A stretch of 64,000 bases of DNA from Candidatus Latescibacterota bacterium. Its GTDB lineage: Bacteria; Latescibacterota; UBA2968; GCA-2709665. Shown piece by piece: positions 38,211 to 48,759 of this stretch. The notes under the pieces are model-generated. The model was not told the DNA's origin. It saw only the letters and a program-made list of their open reading frames with translations, and searched no databases. The DNA lies in NCBI GenBank assembly GCA_965219995.1, contig CBDCOX010000002.1, forward strand, positions 4,512,001-4,576,000. The letters are read 5' to 3'. A program made the translations under genes and the position numbers. Positions within the stretch are counted from its first letter, which is position 1; every line of letters begins with the position of its first letter.

Positions 38211-39869
38211 ATGACGAAGAGCGTTCATCGCTTCATCCTTCTGGCCGATCTCCATCTTTCGGACCACCCGGATACGGCGGCCCACCATGCGCTGCAGTGG
38301 GCCGTCGACCGGGTGAATCTGGAGAGGCCGGATTTTCTGGCCGTGGCCGGGGACGTCACGACCTTTGCAACGGCCGTTTCGGCCAGACGTTGCGTGGAGG
38401 CGCTGGACCGGGTGGAGGTTCCGGTACTCTTCACCCCGGGAAACGCGGACCGGCGGGGTTGGCACGCGATGTCCGTGTTCGAAACCCTGGCGGCGCCCGG
38501 ACGGCGGGCGGCCGTGTTCGGCGACCTGCTGGTTCTTCTGCCCGACACGTCGACCGGAACCCTTCCGGACGACGAACGCTCGTGGCTGAACAGGAACCTC
38601 CGTTCCAACCATGCGGCCCGGCGGCTGGTCGTTACCCACTATCCGCTGGACAGGATGGACGCGGAGGGTCGGCGGTGGCTCTCAGGCTGGCTCACGGAAA
38701 ATGGCGTCGAACTTCTGGTCGCCGGGCACAGTCACGTTCACCGGACCCGCCGTAGAAACGGCTTCGCGGAGGCCGTCGTCCGCGGACTGGATCCCGATAA
38801 AGCGATTGGAGATCTTCCTGGAATCAGTCGCTTCGAGAGTGCGAAAGAGGGGGAATGGACGGAGGTATTCATCCCCTGGTCGCCGGCGATCCGGTTGCTT
38901 CCCTCGGACCTTCCCGACGGCTTGCTTCCCGTAGGCTGGTCGATACAGGGCGACCCGGTGAACGCCGCGCGAGAGACCCTGGAATTCGGCCTGTCCTGTC
39001 TGGAAATCCGGCCGTCGGCGACTGATTTTTCACAACGCGCACTCTCGGGCGCGCTCCGCGCGCTTCGCGACCAGGGTCCCCTGCATCTCTCCTACCATCT
39101 GCCCGACCTGAAGTGGAACCCGGGGACCGGACGCATCGACGGAGGCGAAACGGTACGGACGCACGTGGAACGCGCGATGCACGCGGGCGTGGACAACCTG
39201 ACGGTCCACGTGCCCAGGGCGAGCGCACGCGCGATGGAGCGCGTGCGGGAGGGCCGGCCCGTGCCGACAGCGTGTTTCCTGTCTTTTGCCGAGACTTTCG
39301 CAACCCTCTTCACGGAGCCGGCGCGCTCGGGGGTGGGGATCGCAATCGAGAACATCCACAATCCGGGCAATACGCCGGCAGACTCGCCGGAGCGGGAATT
39401 CGCCACGCGGATCGACGAATATCTGCGATGGATCGACGCCGCGGCGCGTGCAGTGACCGATGTGCCTGGAGCGAAGGTCGGCGCACTGCTGGACGTAGGA
39501 CACGCGAGGAACAACGGGGGCGATCTGGATAATCTGCAGCCCCTGGGCGACTGGTATGCCTGCCTGGGGCGGCGAATTCTGGGATATCACATTCACCAGG
39601 TGGATACGGATCCGGTAAAGGGCGGGCTTACGAACCATCACGAGATTTCCGATCTGTTCGGCAGCAGGATCTCCTTCGCAGGTTTTCTCTGGGCGTGGTC
39701 CACACACCAGATCACACGGGGTCCCCTCTTCGTGGAGGTCCGCGATGACGAAGGCCGGCGCAATACCGTGCGGCGGATCAAACGGCTCTTCGAAGGCGCA
39801 CACAGGATTCGCGAAGCGGCGGACCTGCCCCGGCGGGAACTGGAATCGAGTGATCCGCGTACCCTGTAG
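38211..39869 (+). CDS. Metallophosphoesterase fused to xylose-isomerase-like TIM barrel
   Basis: ADLH, AGDV, GNAD, GHSH; then IAIEN, LLDVGH, YHIH, VE. Confidence 0.75.
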   Translation: MTKSVHRFILLADLHLSDHPDTAAHHALQWAVDRVNLERPDFLAVAGDVTTFATAVSARRCVEALDRVEVPVLFTPGNADRRGWHAMSVFETLAAPGRRAAVFGDLLVLLPDTSTGTLPDDERSWLNRNLRSNHAARRLVVTHYPLDRMDAEGRRWLSGWLTENGVELLVAGHSHVHRTRRRNGFAEAVVRGLDPDKAIGDLPGISRFESAKEGEWTEVFIPWSPAIRLLPSDLPDGLLPVGWSIQGDPVNAARETLEFGLSCLEIRPSATDFSQRALSGALRALRDQGPLHLSYHLPDLKWNPGTGRIDGGETVRTHVERAMHAGVDNLTVHVPRASARAMERVREGRPVPTACFLSFAETFATLFTEPARSGVGIAIENIHNPGNTPADSPEREFATRIDEYLRWIDAAARAVTDVPGAKVGALLDVGHARNNGGDLDNLQPLGDWYACLGRRILGYHIHQVDTDPVKGGLTNHHEISDLFGSRISFAGFLWAWSTHQITRGPLFVEVRDDEGRRNTVRRIKRLFEGAHRIREAADLPRRELESSDPRTL

Positions 39870-39884
39870 ACGTGGGAGAAAGCG

Positions 39885-40958
39885 ATGATTCCGGAATTTG
39901 AGATCGGGGGCACGCCGTTTCGACGCGGGGAACAGATCGGACGCCGGTTCAGGGCGGAGATTCGGGAAACACTCGCCCGGCTGTCGGGGAACCGCGAAGT
40001 GCGAAACCGGCAGGTTGCCCTGGTGGAGGCGATGCGCGGGCAACTCGAGGCGGAATTCCCCGAGATCGTGGAGGAGATTCGCGGCATTGCGCACGGTGCG
40101 GACATTACGGACGGCGACGCGTTCTTCAAGAGCACCTACAACGCCGTCGGACCGGCGCTGGCGGACAACCTCGGGTGCAGCAGCGTGGCATTCGCCGCCA
40201 GCGACGTCGGGCCCATCCTCGGAAAGACCGACGACGGGAGTTTTCGCCCGGATTCTGATCGCCTGGGAGGTTTGACGATTCTGACGATACGCCCGGAAGA
40301 GGGGTACGACGTATTGTGCGTGAACCAGATCGGCACGGTGTGGACTGAATGCGGGGTGAACGGCAAAGGGCTGTGCATGGGTACGAATTCGGGTCATCCC
40401 ACGATGAAGGGACAGGACGGGTCCGGCGTGCCCCAGCACATCGCGCCCCGCCTTGTGTTACAGCGATGCGCGAACGTCGTGGAGGCCGTCGATCTGCTCA
40501 GGCAGATGACGCTGACGGGCAAAGGCATCAATATTGTATTGGCCGACGCGGAGGGCAACGCGGCCGCCACGGAGAACGCCTGCGCGATGAACGGTGTGCG
40601 CGAGCCGGAGCGCGGGGTCGTCTTCTCGACGAATCACTATTTCAGCGAGGAGATGCAGACCGTATCGTGGCAATGGGATCCCGGGTTCATCAGCACACGG
40701 TATTTCCAGAATTCCCTGAACCGGGTCGCACACCTTTACGGCCGTTTCGGAAACGGCGGCAGAACGCTTACGCTTCAGGAAATGCGGGAGGTCCTGATGG
40801 ATGAACACAATCCCGGGGGCCTTTGCCAGCGACCGCAGAATAACGAAAACAACATGACGACGAATTTCGGCGTGATTCTGGTGTGCCGCGAACGAGTGAT
40901 GTGGCTGAACGAGGGACCCCCTTCTCTCGACCGGTTTCGGCGACACGCACTCGATTGA
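39885..40958 (+). CDS. Peptidase C45 / Ntn-hydrolase (AAT family)
   Basis: EEIRGIA.G, G-C autocleavage site (LGCSS), GVNGKGL, TNHY. Confidence 0.85.
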   Translation: MIPEFEIGGTPFRRGEQIGRRFRAEIRETLARLSGNREVRNRQVALVEAMRGQLEAEFPEIVEEIRGIAHGADITDGDAFFKSTYNAVGPALADNLGCSSVAFAASDVGPILGKTDDGSFRPDSDRLGGLTILTIRPEEGYDVLCVNQIGTVWTECGVNGKGLCMGTNSGHPTMKGQDGSGVPQHIAPRLVLQRCANVVEAVDLLRQMTLTGKGINIVLADAEGNAAATENACAMNGVREPERGVVFSTNHYFSEEMQTVSWQWDPGFISTRYFQNSLNRVAHLYGRFGNGGRTLTLQEMREVLMDEHNPGGLCQRPQNNENNMTTNFGVILVCRERVMWLNEGPPSLDRFRRHALD

Positions 40959-41147
40959 TCGGACGTCCGGATTCCGCCCGGGAACGACCTGTAATTCGAT
41001 GAGGCGGAGCGCAGGTGCGGTCCATTGCCTTCGCTCGCCGACCTGGCCAGGGCGCTTGTTGGCGTATAGACACCCTTTGAAACTAACCTCTTGGGAGACA
41101 ACGGCTTTATCTCTTCCACCAACTCTCATTTTCTATTCGTCCTTTTC

Positions 41148-41280
41148 AAAAAGCCGTAAGACGTAAGACGGGAGAGATTGCCTGCCCCGTGAGGTTTCAG
41201 CTCAGACCAGAGGCATTGAGGAAGAGCGATTCGGGCAAGGATTTTTTCTACCGTCTACCCTCTCCCGTCTCACCGCCTTT
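41148..41280. repeat. Second copy of heptamer inverted-repeat element
   Basis: AAAAAGCCGTAAGACGTAAGACGGGAGA ... TCTACCGTCTACCCTCTCCCGTCTCACCGCCTTT, same motif family as 30910-31169. Confidence 0.6.
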
Positions 41281-41292
41281 AGGGATTTCTGA

Positions 41293-42105
41293 ATGTCCGG
41301 ATGTTCGTCCGACCCGCTGGCCGTCGTGACCGGCGCCGCCAGCGGCATCGGAAAGGCCACGGTGGAACGCTTCCTCGACGAGGGATTCGTCGTTGCGGCG
41401 CTGGACCGTTCGCAGGAGGGACTGGACGCGCTGAAACGTTCGAAGATGGGCCCGCAGGTCCGTGTCTACCCGTGCGACCTGGCCGAGATCCCCACGCTCA
41501 CCCCGCTCGCCGAACGGATTGTCGCGGATTTCGGTCCGCCGCGCGCGCTGGTCAACAACGCGGGCGTGTGCCTGTACGCGGATATTACAGAGACGACGGA
41601 CGAGATGTGGGAAACCTCGCTGAACACCAATCTCGTCGGGGCGTCCGCGCTGATCCGCGGGTTTGTCCCTGGGATGAAACGGGTGGACGGGGCGGCCATC
41701 GTCAACGTGGCTTCGCGCAACGCCCTGTCGAGCAGCCCGCGCGCGGCGACGTATGACGCCGCCAAGGCCGCTTTGCTGGCGCTCACGCGCACGCTGGCGG
41801 TAGAGCTGGGCGGCGACGGCATCCGCGCAAATGCGGTGCTGCCGGGCTTTGTAGACACACCAATCCACGGGGATCTGCTGAACGACCGGGTCTTCGTGCG
41901 GAACTACCTCAGGCTGATACCGCTCAACCGCATTGGAAAACCTGAAGATATCGCCAACATCATCTTCTTCCTGGCGTCCGACGGAGCCGCATTCATCACC
42001 GGCCAGGGGATCGTGGCCGACGGGGGGCAGATGTCGGGCCAGAACTTCGTCAAGGTGTTCGGGGAACGGGAGTCGTTCCGGGTCAGGCAGGAGACCGATA
42101 CATAG
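41293..42105 (+). CDS. Short-chain dehydrogenase/reductase
   Basis: TGAASGIG, NNAG, YxxxK (YDAAK), PGFVDT, FITG..I.ADGG. Confidence 0.95.
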   Translation: MSGCSSDPLAVVTGAASGIGKATVERFLDEGFVVAALDRSQEGLDALKRSKMGPQVRVYPCDLAEIPTLTPLAERIVADFGPPRALVNNAGVCLYADITETTDEMWETSLNTNLVGASALIRGFVPGMKRVDGAAIVNVASRNALSSSPRAATYDAAKAALLALTRTLAVELGGDGIRANAVLPGFVDTPIHGDLLNDRVFVRNYLRLIPLNRIGKPEDIANIIFFLASDGAAFITGQGIVADGGQMSGQNFVKVFGERESFRVRQETDT

Positions 42106-42119
42106 GAAGGAAGCGGACC

Positions 42120-43289
42120 GTGGCATCTCCGCCGGTCATCGCACAGGTCAGGGTCTGGGAGATCACCGTGCCCCTGCTTGAGGAATGGGCCGCCAGCCCG
42201 GAATTCGGGTCGAATCCCGCCGGTATCGACGACCGGTTCGTACTTTGCATTACGGACGACGAAGGATTCGAAGGTTGGGGGGAGGCGGTGAGGTCCGGCA
42301 CGCGGTCGTCCGCCGAGGACGCACTGTCGGGCCTTGTGAACAGACCGGTTTCGAGTTTCAGGCTTTCCTTCCTGGACCTGTGGCCCGGAGGTACGCTGTA
42401 TTGGCAACGCCCGCCGCCGCCGTCTCCGTACGCGGCCGATCCGGCCAATCTGCAGCACAGGCTGCGCCACACTTTGCAGGCCCTCGTGGAAATGGCCCTC
42501 GGCGACCTTACCGCCAGGCGTGCCGGTATGCCCCTGTGCGCTTTGTGGGGCGGCGCATGGCGGGACCGCGTGCCCGTGGATTACTGGATGCCGCGCACCA
42601 CCCCCGACCACGCCGTCAGGTGTGTCGAGAGGGGTCAAGCACTCGGCTTTTGCGGCGTTAAGCTCAAGACGGCTCTTGAAGACCCCAATGTCGAGCGGCT
42701 GGCAGCCATCCGGCAGGCGGCGCCGGACTGTAAGGTCACGGTGGACGCCAACGGCCGGTTCTACCGGCTGGACGACGCGGTTTCGGTGCTGCGGGAGATG
42801 GACCGGGTGGGCAACATGGCCATCCTCGAGGATCCGTTTCCCCGGTTTCATCTCGAGGAATTCGCCGAATTGCGCAGACGCATTCAGGCACGGGTAGTCG
42901 TGCACGTCGATCCGCCCGAGTCGCTCTGGAACGTGCTGACGTCGGGCGCCGCGGGCGGCCTCAATATCGACGGCGCCTGCGGTCTGTACAACTGGCGCTT
43001 CCAGGCAGCCGCGGCGGCGCACGCGAACCTGCCGGTCTGGCAGGGCAGCGGGATCGATCTGGGGATCGCCACGGCCGCGCAGCTCCACCTGTCGGCCAGC
43101 GCGCCGAACTGTACGCTTCCCGGGGACCAGGCGGGGCCGTGGCTGCGTGAGTCCCACCTGCTGACGAACGATTTCGATCTCGAAGACGGCCACGTCCTGC
43201 TTCCCGCAGGTCCTGGCACGGGAGTCGAGGTCGATCTCGATGCGGTGGACAGGTATTGTACACACCACCGTGTCTGGCCGGCCGGATGA
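42120..43289 (+). CDS. Enolase superfamily (mandelate racemase/muconate lactonizing) enzyme
   Basis: TDDEG.EGWGE, KLK, VDAN, LEDP, P.GPG.GVEVD. Confidence 0.85.
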   Translation: MASPPVIAQVRVWEITVPLLEEWAASPEFGSNPAGIDDRFVLCITDDEGFEGWGEAVRSGTRSSAEDALSGLVNRPVSSFRLSFLDLWPGGTLYWQRPPPPSPYAADPANLQHRLRHTLQALVEMALGDLTARRAGMPLCALWGGAWRDRVPVDYWMPRTTPDHAVRCVERGQALGFCGVKLKTALEDPNVERLAAIRQAAPDCKVTVDANGRFYRLDDAVSVLREMDRVGNMAILEDPFPRFHLEEFAELRRRIQARVVVHVDPPESLWNVLTSGAAGGLNIDGACGLYNWRFQAAAAAHANLPVWQGSGIDLGIATAAQLHLSASAPNCTLPGDQAGPWLRESHLLTNDFDLEDGHVLLPAGPGTGVEVDLDAVDRYCTHHRVWPAG

Positions 43290-43310
43290 TCGAGAAACGG
43301 AGGCTTGCAG

Positions 43311-43763
43311 ATGGCGTTTACGAAGGTCCATCACGTCAAGTACACGGTAGGCGACCTGGACAGGTCGCTCGGGTTCTATCGGGATCTGCTCGGGTTTGAA
43401 GTGACCTATGAGGCCTCGCGGGAAGGGCTTGCATCTTACGATACGATCCTGAGTATGCGGGACGTCAGATTGCGGGTGGGCATGCTTCTGCACCGGCCAA
43501 TGGGTTTTGTCGTAGGTCTGGTTCAGTTTCAGAATCCGGCGTCCATTGTGCGGGAGTTGCGTAACAATTACGTGGGGGCCTCCAGCCTGGCGCTGCAGGT
43601 GGAAAACGCGGAGGCCGAATACGGTCGCCTGACTTCGGCGGGGGTGCCCGCAATGAGTTTGCCCACGGAAATCGTCCGAGACGGCAAGGTGGCCGCAATC
43701 GCATTCTACATTCTCGATCCGGACGCGATTCCGATCGAGATCTGGCAGCCCGTCGAAACATGA
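43311..43763 (+). CDS. VOC/glyoxalase family protein
   Basis: HHV..TV.DLDRSL.FYRDLLG, FY..DPD...IEI. Confidence 0.9.
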   Translation: MAFTKVHHVKYTVGDLDRSLGFYRDLLGFEVTYEASREGLASYDTILSMRDVRLRVGMLLHRPMGFVVGLVQFQNPASIVRELRNNYVGASSLALQVENAEAEYGRLTSAGVPAMSLPTEIVRDGKVAAIAFYILDPDAIPIEIWQPVET

Positions 43764-43799
43764 CAGACCGCCGGAACATCCGGCAACAGGAGGCGAAAG

Positions 43800-45980
43800 G
43801 TGGAAATTCAGGTTCGAGGGCGTGTGATCGACGATTCGTCTGCGCGGGGACTGGCAGGGGTTTGCGTTTCGAACGGAGAGCAGATCGTACGGACGAATGA
43901 CGAAGGCAAGTACGAACTTGCCGTGGAACCCGCCGTTCACCGGTTTGTTTTTGTGACGGTTCCCGATGGCTTTTCGGCAGGGGAAGGCGTTTACCGGTCC
44001 ACGTTGGAATGGTCGGAGTCGCGCGACGGCGTGGATTTTCGTTTGTCTCCGTCTCCCGAACGGTCCGGGCGTTCGTTCACGCTCGCGCAGATTACAGATA
44101 CGCACATCGTCACCGAAGGAGACACGCACACTTCGGGACCCGTACTGGCGGATGCCCTGCAGCAACTCGAACGCGATGTCGAACCCGACCTGATCATTGC
44201 CAGCGGAGACCTGACGGATTGGGGGACTTTAGACCAGCTGACCGCGTTTCGGGATGCGGCGGCGTCGATATCCACCCCGGTCTTTCCGCTGTTCGGCGGG
44301 CACGACGGGAACCAGGAACGCATGGGCGGCATTGCGGTTGAAGAATTCCTGCAGATGAAGGCAGTGCCGAACAATCCCAGGCTGAATGAACTCGTGCGGA
44401 AACAAGAGGGAAATGCGTCCACCCTGCATTACGAAGCGTTGCTTGGGCCAACGTATTACTGTCTTGATTGGGGCGGGCGCCACTTCGTGCTCTGGCCCAA
44501 TGAAGATTCATATTACTCGCCAGCGGGCCTGGAGCGGAAGGAACGGTGGCTGTGGGCCGACCTGGCGCTGCAGCCGGAGGACCGCGAAGTCGTGGTCGTC
44601 GTCCATACGCCGCCGCCAGCTGCGTTTCTGCATGCGCTGAGCCAGTACAACGTTCGCCTCTTGCTGCACGGCCATTGGCATTCCAGCAAAGTCTTTTCGT
44701 ACGGCGATATGGTTGTTGCCGCAGCCCCGCCGGTCTGTTTCGGCGGGATCGATACCTCCCCGAGGGGTTACCGCCTCGTGCGTTTCCGGGAGAAGGACGC
44801 GGTCCTGAGAGCTGGCGTACTCCGCGCCGCCGGAGTTTCGGGAAAATCCAGGGAGGAGTTCCCGCGCGAGATCGGATTCGACGGCGGGCCGCTGCGTCTG
44901 CGATGGGAGCACCGGCTTTCCGGTGGGCTGCACCGCGCGGCGCCCGTATCGTCCGAAGGACGCGTGTTTCTGACTTCGCGTGACGAAGGTTGGCCGGGAC
45001 GCCCGGAAATATGCTGCGTGGATGCGGAGAGCGGGGACACGCTCTGGCATGCCAGGATGGATACAGCGGTAAAGAACAGCGTGGCAGCCTCCGGCAACGT
45101 GTGCGTGGCGGTGTCGGTGGCCGGTCGCCTGCACGTGCTCGAGGCGGATTCGGGCAGCCCGTTGTGGCAGGCGGACCTGCCCGGCTATCCGGAACGCTGG
45201 ATCTATTCCTCTCCGGTAATGGCGGACGGGACCGTGTACGCGGGCGCCAAGGCGGATTACGCGGCCTTCGATCTGAAGTCGGGTCGCCGCCGATGGCACA
45301 CGGGGAATGACGTCAGTGACAATTGGGCCTGTTACGCCAGCCCGCTGGTTTCCGGGGATCTGCTTATCCTCATGGTGCAGCGGACGGGCTTCATGGCGCT
45401 GGACCGCGAGACGGGGGACGTCGTCTGGGAACGCGCGGCGGAGGTGGAGTTTCCTTATGCAAGGCCGGTCCTGTCAGGAAACCTGCTTGTAAGCGGCGGC
45501 GGCTCGTCCGGCCTCCACCATTTCACCGGGGAGGCGTCATTCCTCATCGCGGTCGAGACGAACTCGGGCAGGGTCGCATGGAAGAGACCGGTCCTGCCCT
45601 CCAGGTACCCTTCGGGACTGCTGGTGGACGACAACCGGATCTATGCAACGACGCCGGAAGGCGAAGCTCTCTGTTTCGACCTTGATGAGGGCACATTGTT
45701 ATGGCGGTTCCAGACGGGAGACGACCTCCTGGACATGGTTCCCTATCGCCGGGGCGTGCGGTCGATCCTTGCGGCGCCGGCGAGGTTCGAGGGCTCTCTT
45801 ATCGTTTGCGGATGCGACGGGTCTCTCCACGTTCTGGACCCCGAGTCCGGCGAGTGCCGGGGCACGGTCTCCTTCGGTTCCCCGATAACAGCGCCGCCCT
45901 GCACGGTGGAGGGAGGGCTGGTTTTGGGGACGTTCGACGGGCGGGTCTTCTGTTTTGAACGCGCGGGGAATGCGCGATGA
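43800..45980 (+). CDS. Metallophosphoesterase with N-terminal Ig-like domain and PQQ-type beta-propeller
   Basis: GVCVSNG...TNDEG.Y; TDTH, SGDL, GGHD, GHWH; repeated D..SG...W blades. Confidence 0.85.
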   Translation: MEIQVRGRVIDDSSARGLAGVCVSNGEQIVRTNDEGKYELAVEPAVHRFVFVTVPDGFSAGEGVYRSTLEWSESRDGVDFRLSPSPERSGRSFTLAQITDTHIVTEGDTHTSGPVLADALQQLERDVEPDLIIASGDLTDWGTLDQLTAFRDAAASISTPVFPLFGGHDGNQERMGGIAVEEFLQMKAVPNNPRLNELVRKQEGNASTLHYEALLGPTYYCLDWGGRHFVLWPNEDSYYSPAGLERKERWLWADLALQPEDREVVVVVHTPPPAAFLHALSQYNVRLLLHGHWHSSKVFSYGDMVVAAAPPVCFGGIDTSPRGYRLVRFREKDAVLRAGVLRAAGVSGKSREEFPREIGFDGGPLRLRWEHRLSGGLHRAAPVSSEGRVFLTSRDEGWPGRPEICCVDAESGDTLWHARMDTAVKNSVAASGNVCVAVSVAGRLHVLEADSGSPLWQADLPGYPERWIYSSPVMADGTVYAGAKADYAAFDLKSGRRRWHTGNDVSDNWACYASPLVSGDLLILMVQRTGFMALDRETGDVVWERAAEVEFPYARPVLSGNLLVSGGGSSGLHHFTGEASFLIAVETNSGRVAWKRPVLPSRYPSGLLVDDNRIYATTPEGEALCFDLDEGTLLWRFQTGDDLLDMVPYRRGVRSILAAPARFEGSLIVCGCDGSLHVLDPESGECRGTVSFGSPITAPPCTVEGGLVLGTFDGRVFCFERAGNAR

Positions 45981-46053
45981 ATACGATGGACGCCGTCGGG
46001 GGGCGGATTGATCCCCCGTGGGGACCAGACGTCCGATTGGAGTGAAGTCCCGG

Positions 46054-47214
46054 ATGCAACCGTTTTTTTCGTTTGCGCGATTCGATCGTCTTCTGAACGC
46101 GGCCGGCATGGAGGCGATGCTTTTCTGCCGCCCCTCCTCCTTCTGCTATTTTACGACGTTGCCCTGGTACGAGCGGCTCCACTTTTCCGATATGCCGGGA
46201 CAATATATCCTGCCGATAGCCGGGTATATTCGCGATCGTCCGGACCTGGCCTTCGCCACGGCGTCGGCACAGATGGATTTCCCTGATTTCAAGGCGCAGA
46301 GTATCTGGATTCCGGACATCCGGCCCGGCATGTCGGCGGCGCCGTATGAGCGGCAGGCCGAGCTCATCGTCCGGATTCTCCAGGAAAAGGGCATCAGATC
46401 GGGACGGGTGGGTATAGAACGCGGGACCCTTCCCCACGGACTGGTCGCCGCCCTTGACGGCCTCGCTCCCGAGATTTGCTGGACGGAGTGCCGGGACGTG
46501 CTCTTCAGGCTCCAGGAGTTCAAGTCCGAGGCGGAGCTGGAACGGTTGCGGACGTCCTGCCGGATCACCGAAAAGGGGATGATGCGGGTATTCGACAGGC
46601 TCTCGAGCGGCGTGACCCCCGAGGACCTGATGGACGAATACGTAAAGACCACCGGGGGACTCTATACGGAGCGATTCGGACACTTCTTTTCGGTCCATTT
46701 CAAGGACTTCCACTTTACCGGCGGGGAATTGAAAAGCCCGCCCCTGCAGGCGGAGACGCTCATTCACATCGACGTGTCGTCGATCCACAAGGGACTGATT
46801 TCGGATATCGGGCGGAATTTCTACTTCGGCATGGCGGTCCCTCCGGAAGTGGAGCGGTGCAGTCTGGCCTGCGCAAGAACGGCGCAGGTCGTCTTCGATC
46901 ACCTGAAACCGGGTATCTCCTGCGCAGAAGTGGACAGCCTTTCGAAGGAAGTCCTGTTCGATTTGCTGGGCGATCCGGCCGGCGTGAACGTGGGTTTTCA
47001 CTCCCACGGGATCGGCTGGATCCTGTATAGCTATCCGTTGATTTCTCCCGATCCGGAAGGTGAAATCCTTCCCGGCCATGCGTTTACGCTGGAGTACAAG
47101 GTGAAATTCCCCGGCATCGGACATTTCAAGTGCGAAGACACGTTCGCCATGCACGACGATGGGACCGAGTGCCTCTGCCGGCTCGAGCGGAAGCTCTTCG
47201 TGAAGTCCGGTTGA
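46054..47214 (+). CDS. M24 family (Xaa-Pro) metallopeptidase
   Basis: KSEAEL; metal ligands IDV, SDIGR, HGIG, LE, CEDT. Confidence 0.85.
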   Translation: MQPFFSFARFDRLLNAAGMEAMLFCRPSSFCYFTTLPWYERLHFSDMPGQYILPIAGYIRDRPDLAFATASAQMDFPDFKAQSIWIPDIRPGMSAAPYERQAELIVRILQEKGIRSGRVGIERGTLPHGLVAALDGLAPEICWTECRDVLFRLQEFKSEAELERLRTSCRITEKGMMRVFDRLSSGVTPEDLMDEYVKTTGGLYTERFGHFFSVHFKDFHFTGGELKSPPLQAETLIHIDVSSIHKGLISDIGRNFYFGMAVPPEVERCSLACARTAQVVFDHLKPGISCAEVDSLSKEVLFDLLGDPAGVNVGFHSHGIGWILYSYPLISPDPEGEILPGHAFTLEYKVKFPGIGHFKCEDTFAMHDDGTECLCRLERKLFVKSG

Positions 47215-47269
47215 GTCCCGGAGGGAGGCATTGCCGGGAGGTCCCTTTTTGCAGACGGGATAGGCTGAA

Positions 47270-48712
47270 ATGGAGAAGGCGATATTGTACGCCGGCGCCG
47301 CCCAACGGGTGATCACGCCCCCGGTGGGGGTGTCGATGTCCGGTTGGAACCCGCGGGCATCCGGGGACATCAGGTCGCGCTACGTGCACGACGATCTCTA
47401 TGCAAAGGCGCTGGTTCTGCGCAACGGAAATCGGGCCTGGGCCCTGGTTGCCGTCGATCTCTCGGGCGTGGACGCCGTTGCCACGGAGCAGATTCGCCGG
47501 GGCGCCGCAAAGCGGACCGGGCTGGAGCCCGGGGAGATCATGGTCTGCGCGACACACACGCACTCCGGGCCGGCGTTCTGTCCGGTCGCCACGACGTACA
47601 GTCCTGAGGATATGGCCCGCCTCACCATCGGGAGGGACGGATCGGCGCCGGCCGCCATGGGTGAGGTCACAACCGTCTCGTCCTCGGCCAGTTGGGTGGG
47701 CGAGACGGACCTGGCGTGGAAAGCGTGGTTTGTCGGGCAGGCGATCGAGGTCGTGGATGAGGCCTGTAACGCACTGCGTCCGGCCTCGATGGGATTCGGG
47801 GCGGCCCGGGTCGATGGCGTGGCCAGTTCGAGGCGCGTATTGATGTCGGACGGGAGCTGGGGAGACCCGAGACGGGACCCCGTCGCGGGTGTTCGGGTGA
47901 TTTCGCGTACCCGGATCGATCCACTGGTTCGCGTATTCGCAGTGCGGGAGCGGGGGACGAAAGCACCGCTCGCCGCGGTGATCAACTACGGCACACACCC
48001 CTGGATATTCTGCGGATCGGGCATCTCCGCCGAGATCGCGGGCGCGGCGGCCGGACAGGTGGCGGACGCGTGGGCGGGGGGAGGGAGCGGGCCGCCGGTC
48101 ATTCTCTACACGTCCGGCCCCGAGGGCGACGTTACCACAATCTGGAACGTCGATATCGAAGCGGTCTGGAAGACGCGGCCCGACGAGGATGCCGACGCGA
48201 GCCTTGCAAGAAGGGAACGGGGATTCGAGCGGGAACTGGCGCGTCTGGGCGGGCGGGTGGCGGATGGGTCGATGACGGCGATCCGCGGAATAACGGGCTG
48301 GGACGAGTCTCCGGAGGTATGGGCCCGCCGGCGGGAAGTGGCGATGCCGCTGAAGAAGGGGTACGACCGCGTGGACGACGTCCTTCTGGCCGAATGGCAG
48401 CGAGATGCGCCGGAGTCCCGTCACCTCACTGAGGTACAGGCGCTGGGTGCCGGCGAGGCGGTTGTTCTGGGTCTACCGGGAGAGCCGTTTGTGTCCCTCG
48501 GCACGGAAATCCGCGCCAGGTCCGGATCCGGCAGGCTGATGATTGCCGCGCTGGCGAACGAGTTTGGCGCCATCAGCTACATCGCCGAAAGGGAAGATTT
48601 CAACCTGGGAGGATACGAGACCGCGTTCACGCCGATGGGTCCGGGCGGGGGCGAAGCGCTGGTGGACAGCGCTGTCGCGCTGCTCTTGAAAAAAAAGACA
48701 ATTAACCCTTGA
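47270..48712 (+). CDS. Neutral/alkaline ceramidase-like amidohydrolase
   Basis: ITPP.G..M.GW, VHDDLYAKAL, ATHTHSGP, YGTHP, LPGEPF. Confidence 0.8.
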   Translation: MEKAILYAGAAQRVITPPVGVSMSGWNPRASGDIRSRYVHDDLYAKALVLRNGNRAWALVAVDLSGVDAVATEQIRRGAAKRTGLEPGEIMVCATHTHSGPAFCPVATTYSPEDMARLTIGRDGSAPAAMGEVTTVSSSASWVGETDLAWKAWFVGQAIEVVDEACNALRPASMGFGAARVDGVASSRRVLMSDGSWGDPRRDPVAGVRVISRTRIDPLVRVFAVRERGTKAPLAAVINYGTHPWIFCGSGISAEIAGAAAGQVADAWAGGGSGPPVILYTSGPEGDVTTIWNVDIEAVWKTRPDEDADASLARRERGFERELARLGGRVADGSMTAIRGITGWDESPEVWARRREVAMPLKKGYDRVDDVLLAEWQRDAPESRHLTEVQALGAGEAVVLGLPGEPFVSLGTEIRARSGSGRLMIAALANEFGAISYIAEREDFNLGGYETAFTPMGPGGGEALVDSAVALLLKKKTINP

Positions 48713-48759
48713 CAATGCCATAACGGGAATACATAATTAGTGGTGGTAAATTCCGTTAT
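48709..48759 (+). promoter_or_regulatory. sigma70 promoter with overlapping inverted-repeat operator upstream of the TonB receptor
   Basis: TTGACA-N17-CATAAT (48709-48737); ATAACGGGAAT...ATTCCGTTAT flanking the -10. Confidence 0.55.
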
